64,000 bases of DNA from Paludibacter sp. (GTDB taxonomy: Bacteria > Bacteroidota > Bacteroidia > Bacteroidales > Paludibacteraceae): NCBI GenBank assembly GCA_037132235.1, contig JBAXPM010000005.1, forward strand, positions 13,320-77,319, read 5' to 3'. Below are positions 55,859 to 64,000 of the stretch, one piece after another. Within the stretch, counting starts at the first letter, position 1; every line of letters begins with the position of its first letter. The notes under the pieces are model-generated. The model was not told where the DNA came from, searched no databases, and saw only the letters and a program-made list of their open reading frames with translations. A program made the translations under genes and the position numbers.

Positions 55859-58216
55859 ATGTATAAATCATTACTGATTTCTCTGTTTTTTCTAATCACT
55901 TCCTTAGGAATCAGTGCAACCGATTATCATTTTCAGGAAGGATTTGCCAGTTCGTCTCCTGCCGGATGGACAAGGCAATGCAGCTCTACAACTTCAGTAA
56001 ATCATACCGGACTCACATTCTCAGGAGCGTATGCCATAAAGTTTGATCCTGCTGGTTCGGGTAGGTACGGAAAAAACCTTATCAGTCCTCAGGTGACGGG
56101 TGCTGATACTTTATCATTCTACGTTTCAAAAAATGCCAATGCCACTTACATGACGCTTTATGTGGGTAAGGTTGTTGGCACCGATACAACAATAATAAGT
56201 ACATATAATGCATTTAATTTCCCCAATAAAGCATCAACGCCCGGATTTACAAAGATTTCAATTCCGATAAAAGACTCTTTATCAACATTTAAAGTGATTT
56301 TTTACGCCACAGTATCTACTGATCCTAATTTTGTAAATTTAGGCTGGTTTGTGGTGGATGATATTGAATTGTCGAAATACCAGACTACTATTCCTGTTAC
56401 ACCACCAACTTCTGTGGCTAAAATCAGTACTAATTTTGGCGATGGAACGTGGGGAACTATTGCAAGTACAGCCTACACAACCGGTAACTATCCTTCTTCA
56501 ACCATTAATGGATTTAATCTGGTAAAAGCATATTTGTATACCGGTACAATGACTTGTCCTAATGGCGAAACCCACACAAACCGTATAGCAGTTGATCGGA
56601 ATACACAATCGGGAGCTATAGAGTTTCCTACACTCACTACCGTTGGTGAAGTGGAGATTCATGCTGTAACGGGTACTACAGCTATGAGTTTCAGGTTGGA
56701 AGAATTGGTGAATAATGCCTGGCAGACGGTTGGAACATATACTACCATTAAAACTCCTGATAGTGTTTATGTGATTCCTTTGGTAAGAAACTCTGAAACA
56801 AAACTACGAATCGCCAACAATACAGGAAGCGGACTTTATGTCTATAAAATTGTCACCCGCACACTTCAGGAAACACTTGATCTGACACTCAGAAGTTCTT
56901 CGCCCGCAGAAGGTGAGATATGCTTTTCGAACCTGAAAAAGACCATTACGCTTACTTTCAATAAAAGTGTTCAGAAAGGAAGTGGTACTATATTACTGAA
57001 TGGAGTTTTACTTCCGTTGGATAGTTGCAAATTTTCGGGAACAACAGTTACTATGCCGGTAGCGCTGACAACTACAAGTTCAGCCAATAAAAATTACACG
57101 TTGAGTATTTCAACCGGAACATTTATTGAAGCGGGAAATGCCACAAACTTATCAAAAGCAATTACAGTAAATTTCCAGACTATTCACTCTGTAGCATATC
57201 CTTCCAATTACAATGGATTGCTTGACGTGGTTTACAAAAATGTGAACAGCACGAATTGCCGTATGGATATTTACTATCCAACTGATGCAGTCAAACCGGT
57301 TCCGGTAGTTATCAATATGCATGGTGGCGGCTGGGTAAGCGGTGCTAAAGAAGAACAGGGTGGTTTCAATATGTATTTCAATCAGGGTTGGGCAGTGGCC
57401 AATGTGGAATACCGCATGCGCAACGAAATTCTTGCTCCTGCAGCTGTTGAAGATGTGCGTGGAGCTATGCAGTATTTGCTGAATCATGCCGATGAATTGC
57501 ATATTGACCGGACTAAAATTGTATTTCAGGGTGGTTCGGCCGGAGGACATTTGGCACTGACAGGTGGCTATTTGCAAAATAACAGAATCTATGATAATGA
57601 TTGTCAGCAATATGCAGGCACAATTAAGGTTATGGCCGTGATCGACAAATACGGTGCTGCTGATTTAATGACCTTCGCTCCGGTTTATTCTGGAATGGTT
57701 GCTTGGTTGGGATCTCGTTATACTGATTCAGTTTTTGTAAAATCACTATCACCTTACGAAATGATAGATATTAATACACCTCCAACATACATTATTCACG
57801 GCGATGCCGACCCAACTATTCCCTACACACAATCGGTACGATTACAGGCAAAATTGCAGGCAGCCGGAGTGAAAAATAAATTTCTGACAGTACCCGGTGG
57901 TGGTCATGGTGGTTTCCCCGATGCTTATAATACCCAAATGGAAACTGAAGTAATAGCCTTTTTGGGTGAAGTGATAAATTCACAAGCAATTTCTTCTGTT
58001 TGTCAATCGAAAGACAACAATATTAATTTAAATCTTTCTGGAAACAATCTAAATATTATATCCAACGAAAAAACGCTCACTTCAGTCTATGATTGTATGG
58101 GTAGATTGTTAGTTCAGAGTCACGAAAATACTATTAAACTCAACCAATCAGGTTTGTTTATCGTGAAAGTGAAGACCGCACTTTCAGAATCAAATTATAA
58201 AGTAATTATTAAATGA
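55859..58216 (+). CDS. T9SS multidomain esterase: two beta-sandwich domains, Ig-like domain, alpha/beta-hydrolase (BD-FAE-like), CTD
   Basis: MDIYYP, HGGGW, GGSAGGH nucleophile elbow, IHGDADPTIP, GGGHG; tail VYDCMGRLL...GLFIVKV. Confidence 0.85.
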   Translation: MYKSLLISLFFLITSLGISATDYHFQEGFASSSPAGWTRQCSSTTSVNHTGLTFSGAYAIKFDPAGSGRYGKNLISPQVTGADTLSFYVSKNANATYMTLYVGKVVGTDTTIISTYNAFNFPNKASTPGFTKISIPIKDSLSTFKVIFYATVSTDPNFVNLGWFVVDDIELSKYQTTIPVTPPTSVAKISTNFGDGTWGTIASTAYTTGNYPSSTINGFNLVKAYLYTGTMTCPNGETHTNRIAVDRNTQSGAIEFPTLTTVGEVEIHAVTGTTAMSFRLEELVNNAWQTVGTYTTIKTPDSVYVIPLVRNSETKLRIANNTGSGLYVYKIVTRTLQETLDLTLRSSSPAEGEICFSNLKKTITLTFNKSVQKGSGTILLNGVLLPLDSCKFSGTTVTMPVALTTTSSANKNYTLSISTGTFIEAGNATNLSKAITVNFQTIHSVAYPSNYNGLLDVVYKNVNSTNCRMDIYYPTDAVKPVPVVINMHGGGWVSGAKEEQGGFNMYFNQGWAVANVEYRMRNEILAPAAVEDVRGAMQYLLNHADELHIDRTKIVFQGGSAGGHLALTGGYLQNNRIYDNDCQQYAGTIKVMAVIDKYGAADLMTFAPVYSGMVAWLGSRYTDSVFVKSLSPYEMIDINTPPTYIIHGDADPTIPYTQSVRLQAKLQAAGVKNKFLTVPGGGHGGFPDAYNTQMETEVIAFLGEVINSQAISSVCQSKDNNINLNLSGNNLNIISNEKTLTSVYDCMGRLLVQSHENTIKLNQSGLFIVKVKTALSESNYKVIIK

Positions 58217-58926
58217 GAAAATATTCGAAGCATACTGTATTTATTTCCGGAATCTGGATAGCACTTTCATTGCTGGCAATTAATTTACAGCCAGTTAAAG
58301 CACAAAACAAATCGGTATCGAAGGAGGATAAATATGCAAAAGAAATAGCGCAGTTTGCTCAGGAAGATAAAAAAGGGATTGACTCAAACAATCTGGTGGT
58401 ATTTATTGGCAGTTCTACATTGAGAAAATGGACTGATATGCAAAGCTATTTTCCGCAATCCAATATCCTGAATCATGGATTTGGAGGTTCACGACTTGCT
58501 GAAGCTATTTATTTTGCCGATAAATTCGTTTATCAATACAAGCCGGCTCAGGTGGTGCTCTACGAAGGAGATAACGATTTGGGCGGCGGAATTCCGGTTG
58601 AAACTTTATTTGCGGATTTAAAGAAGTTTGTTCAGCAAACCGAGATAAAATTACCAAAAACTCAGATCGTTTTATTGTCGGTAAAATACAGTCCGCGCCG
58701 GAATGCTCAACGCGAACAGTTTAAAGAATATAATGCAAAAATGAAAGAATTTGCAGCTACAAAACCGAATCTGAAATATGTAGATATCGCTTCAGTGGTG
58801 CTAAACGAAAACGACACTTATCGGAAAGAATTATTCACTGGTGACAGTTTGCATGTAAATGCAGATTGTTACAAACTCTTCGCTAAAAAAATAGAACCCT
58901 TCTTAATCAAAAAACAAACTAAATAA
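58213..58926 (+). CDS. SGNH/GDSL-family esterase
   Basis: VFIGSSTLRKW, NHGFGGS, YEGDNDL, DSLHVN; signal peptide; ATGA overlap with the upstream gene. Confidence 0.9.
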   Translation: MRKYSKHTVFISGIWIALSLLAINLQPVKAQNKSVSKEDKYAKEIAQFAQEDKKGIDSNNLVVFIGSSTLRKWTDMQSYFPQSNILNHGFGGSRLAEAIYFADKFVYQYKPAQVVLYEGDNDLGGGIPVETLFADLKKFVQQTEIKLPKTQIVLLSVKYSPRRNAQREQFKEYNAKMKEFAATKPNLKYVDIASVVLNENDTYRKELFTGDSLHVNADCYKLFAKKIEPFLIKKQTK

Positions 58927-58928
58927 TC

Positions 58929-60500
58929 ATGAGAAACAATTTCAGAACTCAACTAATTATTGTTGGATTATTCATTTTCAGCCTTGTAAATGCTCAAAAT
59001 CTAAAACTTGGCGAACTTTTCAACGAAGGCGCTGTACTTCAGCGCAATGCCAAAGTTACTGTTTGGGGAACTGCAGCTCCAACTTCCAGTGTTTCTGTCA
59101 GTATTCAGGGAAAACAGCTTCAATCCAAAAGTGATCAATTCGGAAAATGGAGTGTCAACATAGCTTCTTTGAAGGAAGGCGGACCATATGAAATGTCTGT
59201 TAGTTCGGCAAAAGAAACCTTGAAAATCAACGAAATATATGTTGGTGAGGTCTGGATTGCCGGTGGACAATCGAATATGGGCTTTATGCTACAAAATGCT
59301 GTTGGAGGAAAAGAAGAAGCCGCCAATGCAACGAATAAAAATATCAGATTCGTGATGGTTCCATACAAACCATATGAAGGATATAAAAGTAAAGGTGATA
59401 TGAACTGGCACACCGCAACATATGAAAATAATGTTGCTGAAATGTCTGCTGTGGGATATTATTTTGCCAAAGACCTTCAGAAAAAACTGAATGTTCCGGT
59501 TGGTGTAATTTGCTGCTACAAAGGCGGTTCTGGTGCAGAAACCTGGATGACCCGCGACTGGTTGCTGAAAAGTCCTGTTACTTCGCCCATCGTTGAAAAT
59601 TATGAAAGCTATTTAAGCGAAATGGGCAAAAAGAAATACGAAGAACTTTTCAGTGCTTATCAGGCTGAAACAAAAGCCTACCGCGATTCGGTAAAAGCCG
59701 GAAACACGAAAGTTGTGGCACCAAAGGAACCGATGGGTGAAAAACATTTCAATCGTCCGTATGGACTTTACCACACCATGCTGGAGCGCTGTATTCCGTA
59801 TTCGATAAAAGGTGTCATCTGGTATCAGGGCGAACATAATTCCGGTCGGGCAGAACAATATCGTACCTTATTTCCTGCATTGATAGCCGAATGGCGTAAC
59901 GATTTCAAGAATCCCGATATGCCGTTTCTGTTTGTTCAGTTAGCAAATTATGGAAAAGCGGATGCCAACAACCGACCAATCTGGCCGGAACAACGTGAAG
60001 CTCAACTTTTGACCTGGCAAAAAGTAAAAAACACAGGAATGGCAGTGACCATGGATATCGGCGAAAAAGACAACATTCACCCTCCCCGAAAAGAACAGGT
60101 TGGAAAGCGATTGGCTGCTATCGCGTTTAATAACGTTTATGGTATTACTGTGCCTTATTCCGGACCGGTATATAAAAATGTGGAATTTAAAGGAAATCAG
60201 GCTATTTTGTCTTTCGATTTTGTGTACGGTGGCCTGAAAACCGATGGCGAATTGCTGGGATTCAGTATCTGTGCTGATGATAAAAACTTTATTCCTGCCA
60301 AAGCTGAAATCAAAGGAAATCAGATTGTGGTTTATGCCGAGAGCATTTCGAAACCGATAGCCGTGCGTTACGGTTGGGCAAATTGGAGTGAAGGAAATCT
60401 GTTCAACAATGCCGGTCTGCCTGCAAGTCCGTTCCGTACCGATGATTTTCCTATGCTGACCGCCGGAAAGAAAAGTGATGTTTATAAAATCAGCAAATAA
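58929..60500 (+). CDS. Sialate O-acetylesterase-family (SASA) carbohydrate esterase
   Basis: GEVWIAGGQSNM, GVIWYQGEHN, PFLFVQLANY, NIHPPRK, LFNNAGLPASPFRTD. Confidence 0.9.
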   Translation: MRNNFRTQLIIVGLFIFSLVNAQNLKLGELFNEGAVLQRNAKVTVWGTAAPTSSVSVSIQGKQLQSKSDQFGKWSVNIASLKEGGPYEMSVSSAKETLKINEIYVGEVWIAGGQSNMGFMLQNAVGGKEEAANATNKNIRFVMVPYKPYEGYKSKGDMNWHTATYENNVAEMSAVGYYFAKDLQKKLNVPVGVICCYKGGSGAETWMTRDWLLKSPVTSPIVENYESYLSEMGKKKYEELFSAYQAETKAYRDSVKAGNTKVVAPKEPMGEKHFNRPYGLYHTMLERCIPYSIKGVIWYQGEHNSGRAEQYRTLFPALIAEWRNDFKNPDMPFLFVQLANYGKADANNRPIWPEQREAQLLTWQKVKNTGMAVTMDIGEKDNIHPPRKEQVGKRLAAIAFNNVYGITVPYSGPVYKNVEFKGNQAILSFDFVYGGLKTDGELLGFSICADDKNFIPAKAEIKGNQIVVYAESISKPIAVRYGWANWSEGNLFNNAGLPASPFRTDDFPMLTAGKKSDVYKISK

Positions 60501-60521
60501 AAGCTTGTATTCTGCTTATCT

Positions 60522-61691
60522 ATGAAAAAATTCGTTTTTAATATCGTATTGTTGTTTTCCTGTTTATCAGCTGTTTTTGGTCAAACTCGTCTGTGGAATA
60601 TCGACAGACTGAATCAGCAGAAATCACTGACTTCCGAAGCTGCAAAATCAATCCTGAGAGCCGCCGACAGGGCAATGTCGACAGATATCCTTACTGTAAT
60701 GGATAAGGAAACCTTTCCACCCAGTAGTGATAAACATGATTATATCAGTGCCGGACGTTACTGGTGGCCAGATCCCAAAAATCCCGGTGGTCCGTATATC
60801 AGAAAAGATGGGGTTGTGAATCGTGAAATTGACAAATTTGATCGAGGGATTTTAGCTACTATGGCTAAAAGTGTAAAAGATTTATCGGTGGCTTATTATC
60901 TGACTTCAGATGAAAGTTATGCCCAAAAAGCTGTTCAGAATCTTCGTAAATGGTTTTTAAATCCTTCTACAAAAATGAATCCGAATATGAATTTCGGCCA
61001 AACCATTACCGGACGAAATAATGGAAAAGGGCGTGGAGAAGGCATTATCGATACTTATTCGTTTATGGACATGTTGGATGGTGTGGAATTACTTAAAACG
61101 TCAAAACACTTTACTCCGCAAGTTGCAGAAGGATTGAAAAACTGGTTTTCATCCTATCTGGACTGGATGATGACCACTGAAATCGGCAACGAGGAATACA
61201 CTGCAAAAAATAATCATGGAACAGCTTTTGATGTACAGGCAACACGCTATGCACTTTTTGTGGGTAAGGAAGATATTGCCCGTAAATTTATTGCTGAATT
61301 CCCCGAACGCAGGCTTTTCACGCAGATTGAACCTGACGGCTCACAGCCGCTCGAACTTGCACGCACCACCGCGTTAGGATATTCCACCTTCAACCTGACT
61401 CATATTTTAGATATGTGTTGTCTGGCAAAATCCCTGAACGTTGATTTATTTAGTGCTAAATCACAGGATGGAAGAAGCATTTTGAAAGCAATTGATTTTC
61501 TGACTCAGTTTGTGGGAAAACCGCAAAGCCATTTTCCGTACAAACAGATTAAGGAATGGGACAGCGTTCAGAAAAAGCTCTGCTGGCAACTGTATCGTGC
61601 AGATAAATTTCTCACAAAACCTGTTTATGTGAAGTTCTACAGAAACAAAATAAGCGATTCGGATAAAGATGATAATGTATTGTTTTACTAA
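60522..61691 (+). CDS. Alginate_lyase (PF05426)-type polysaccharide lyase, PL38-like
   Basis: DKHDYISAGRYWWPDP...PYIRKDG, MNPNMNFGQ, NNHGT, QIEPDGSQPLELART. Confidence 0.85.
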   Translation: MKKFVFNIVLLFSCLSAVFGQTRLWNIDRLNQQKSLTSEAAKSILRAADRAMSTDILTVMDKETFPPSSDKHDYISAGRYWWPDPKNPGGPYIRKDGVVNREIDKFDRGILATMAKSVKDLSVAYYLTSDESYAQKAVQNLRKWFLNPSTKMNPNMNFGQTITGRNNGKGRGEGIIDTYSFMDMLDGVELLKTSKHFTPQVAEGLKNWFSSYLDWMMTTEIGNEEYTAKNNHGTAFDVQATRYALFVGKEDIARKFIAEFPERRLFTQIEPDGSQPLELARTTALGYSTFNLTHILDMCCLAKSLNVDLFSAKSQDGRSILKAIDFLTQFVGKPQSHFPYKQIKEWDSVQKKLCWQLYRADKFLTKPVYVKFYRNKISDSDKDDNVLFY

Positions 61692-61700
61692 AACTTATCG

Positions 61701-62864
61701 ATGAAAAAAACCGTTTTTTGCTTCATAATCTTTATCCTGACTATCGGAAGTACTTCCGGTCAGCCGCTGCTTTGGAATATCGAAAAGTTGAATCGGGCAA
61801 AAATAGAAAATCCAGGGTTGACAGAGCAGATTGTGAAAGATGCCGACAAACTACTTAAAAAGAAAATTGCTTCGGTAGTTGAAAAAGAGAAACCAGCTCC
61901 AAGCGGTGATAAACATGACTATATAAGTTGTGCGCCTTATTACTGGCCTGATCCGGCAAATCCGACCGGGCCGTATATCCGCCGGGATGGCGAATCAAAC
62001 AAAGCGGTTTTAACACCCGATAAGAAAAATATGGGTTCGCTCATTTATGGGGTTGTTCAATTGTCGCTTGCCTATCAACTCACTTCGGATGAGAGATATG
62101 CAGCGAAAGCAGTCGATAATCTGCGTATCTGGTTTTTGAATCCGGCAACCAGAATGAATCCGAATCTGAATTTCGGACAGACCATTTACGGTCGGTTAGG
62201 CGGGAAAGGTCGCGGTGCAGGGATGATTGAAACGTATCGGTTTGTTGAACTGCTTGATGGAGTGGAATTGCTCAAAAAATCACCATCGTTAACCGAGGCC
62301 GACCTTCAGAAACTGAAAAACTGGTTTTATGAGTACCTGCAATGGATGATGACTTCCGAAGTTGGTAATCAGGAATATAACGCTAAAAATAACCATGGAA
62401 CAGCATTTGATGTTCAGGCAATTCGGTATGCGTTGTTTGTTGGGAAAGAGGATATTGCACGTAAAAACCTGAATGATTTTCCGGCACGCAGGCTTTTCGC
62501 GCAAATTGAGCCGGATGGTAAACAACCGGCCGAGTTGGTTCGAACCAAAGCGCTTCATTACTCAGTATTTAATCTGATTCATATACTTGATATCTGCTTC
62601 ATTGCCAAGACAATGGATGTTGATTTATATAATCTGAAATCTGAGGATGGCAGAAGTATTAGTAAAGCGTTGGAATATGTGGCCCAGTTTGCAGGAAAGC
62701 CGAAAAGTGCCTTTCCATACCAGCAAATTTCCGATTGGGACGGTGCTCAAAAAAAGCTATTTTTACAGCTGTATCGTGCCGACTTGTTATCACAAAGACC
62801 ATTTTTTGAAATTTATTATAAAGAAAAATTAAAGGACATAAAACAAAATCTGATATTTAATTAA
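61701..62864 (+). CDS. Alginate_lyase (PF05426)-type polysaccharide lyase, PL38-like; tandem paralogue
   Basis: GDKHDYISCAPYYWPDP...PYIRRDG, MNPNLNFGQ, NNHGT, QIEPDGKQPAELVRT. Confidence 0.85.
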   Translation: MKKTVFCFIIFILTIGSTSGQPLLWNIEKLNRAKIENPGLTEQIVKDADKLLKKKIASVVEKEKPAPSGDKHDYISCAPYYWPDPANPTGPYIRRDGESNKAVLTPDKKNMGSLIYGVVQLSLAYQLTSDERYAAKAVDNLRIWFLNPATRMNPNLNFGQTIYGRLGGKGRGAGMIETYRFVELLDGVELLKKSPSLTEADLQKLKNWFYEYLQWMMTSEVGNQEYNAKNNHGTAFDVQAIRYALFVGKEDIARKNLNDFPARRLFAQIEPDGKQPAELVRTKALHYSVFNLIHILDICFIAKTMDVDLYNLKSEDGRSISKALEYVAQFAGKPKSAFPYQQISDWDGAQKKLFLQLYRADLLSQRPFFEIYYKEKLKDIKQNLIFN

Positions 62865-62866
62865 AA

Positions 62867-64000
62867 ATGAAATACAAACTGCTTTTATTTATTCTCACAA
62901 TTTGCTCACTGACAGTAAACGCCCGAAAAACTCAGGTAACTTCAGCTACACAGGTTAACAGTGGAAGCTGGAGTGCCGGTGATACCATTGAGTGGAAAAA
63001 CGGAACATGGACAAATCAGGTTGTATCCTTTAAAGCAACAGGTACAGCAGCTCAGCCAATTGTTTTAATGGCTCAGACTCCGGGCTTAGTAATTCTTACC
63101 GGTGCTTCACATATTGGATTTTCAGGTAGTTGCATCGAAGTTTCCGGTCTTTTCTTCAAAAACGGAAATCTGAGTACTTCCGAAATAATCGGATTCAGAA
63201 CTTCTTCATCTGAATTTGCGAACAACTGCCGCGTAACAAACTGTGCAATTGTTGATTGTAATCCGGCCGACAGTACAATAGATACGAAATGGGTTTCGCT
63301 TTATGGAGCCAATAACAGGGTGGATCATTGCAGTTTTCAGAATAAAAGCAATATGGGCACCCTGTTGGTGGTTTGGCTTACAGCCGGAATTATACCAAAT
63401 CATATTGTGGACAATAATTATTTTGGTTACAGGAATTCAAATGTTGATGCCACCGGCGCAGAATTAAACGGTCAGGAAATTATGCGGCTTGGAGATAGTT
63501 CAACCTCCATGCAAACCGCAGGAATTCAGGTTACGAATAATTTCTTCGAACATTGCAACGGTGAAATTGAAATTATTTCCAACAAATCCTGTGGGAATTT
63601 GTTTAGCAACAATCTTTTTTTCGAATGTCGTGGAATGTTAACTCTGAGGCATGGAAACGCAAGCACGGTAGAAGGAAATTATTTTTTCGGGAATGGTATT
63701 TCAGGTTCCGGAGGTGTTCGTATAATTGGCGAAAGTCATAAAGTGTACAATAATTATTTTGACAAACTTCGTGGAACAGATTCCCGATCGGCAATTTGTA
63801 TGATGAGAGGAAAATTAAATTCGTTGGCAAATGAATATTTTCAGGTAAAAAATGCTTTGGTAACTTTCAATACTATAGTTGATTGTAGCCAGTCATTCAG
63901 TATTAATTACAACAGTGGAACCACTTACACCATGCCACCAATTGGTTCTGTAATTGCACATAATAACGTTTACAATAGCACATCTTCAAACGTCAATGTG
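62867..64000 (+). CDS. PL6 (chondroitinase B / alginate lyase) beta-helix lyase, cut by the window end and not in the ORF track
   Basis: My translation from ATG 62867: signal peptide, AGDTIEWKNGTW, WVSLYGANNRVDHC, NGQEIMRLGDS, NGEIEIISNKS, GMLTLRHGN. Confidence 0.9.
   Translation, partial: MKYKLLLFILTICSLTVNARKTQVTSATQVNSGSWSAGDTIEWKNGTWTNQVVSFKATGTAAQPIVLMAQTPGLVILTGASHIGFSGSCIEVSGLFFKNGNLSTSEIIGFRTSSSEFANNCRVTNCAIVDCNPADSTIDTKWVSLYGANNRVDHCSFQNKSNMGTLLVVWLTAGIIPNHIVDNNYFGYRNSNVDATGAELNGQEIMRLGDSSTSMQTAGIQVTNNFFEHCNGEIEIISNKSCGNLFSNNLFFECRGMLTLRHGNASTVEGNYFFGNGISGSGGVRIIGESHKVYNNYFDKLRGTDSRSAICMMRGKLNSLANEYFQVKNALVTFNTIVDCSQSFSINYNSGTTYTMPPIGSVIAHNNVYNSTSSNVNV

Noticed and set aside
1732-63830. 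Many short minus-strand and alternate-frame ORFs in the track (e.g. 1732..2043, 50524..50913, 54885..55415, 57152..57610)
   Set aside because: They lie wholly within well-supported + strand genes and show no protein motifs, so they are shadow ORFs.

Overview
AT-rich Bacteroidota DNA, most like Paludibacter/Bacteroidales judging by TAnnTTTG promoters, T9SS C-terminal domains and ECF/FecR/SusC/SusD genes; no taxonomic search was run. All credible genes are on the + strand. (1) 1-22.3 kb, PUL1: ECF sigma/FecR pair, a TonB-dependent receptor with no SusD and a T9SS beta-helix protein in its place, an unnamed CBM-like domain in five copies, a divergent GH95/GH65-like enzyme, two paralogous unknown enzymes, a sulfatase, a fucose/arabinose-family isomerase and RhaM. 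(2) 22.7-43.6 kb, PUL2: ECF/FecR/SusC/SusD, CBM4/9-like T9SS proteins, two GH43, a GH36 and a GH5-like/aldose 1-epimerase fusion. Both PULs end in a large T9SS protein whose N-terminal binding domains are copies from its own PUL, fused to a shared ~2.2 kb 3' cassette. That cassette holds FN3, a conserved unnamed domain, the CTD, a conserved non-coding block and hairpin, a 55-aa ORF missing from the ORF track, a terminator and a 51-bp identical tail. (3) 43.7-48.1 kb, accessory patch: REP-like palindromes beside a DUF559 endonuclease, a DUF6155-like gene, a secreted nuclease, an orphan gene followed by a 10-bp-phased CTTG array, and a DUF6266-like gene. (4) rimP-nusA-infB, a membrane protein and acs. 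(5) 55.9-64 kb: three predicted de-O-acetylases, two PL38-like lyases and a PL6 lyase cut by the window end. No rRNA, tRNA, CRISPR array, integrase or transposase was seen. Family names are from motif recognition and recall, and alignments and counts were done by eye.
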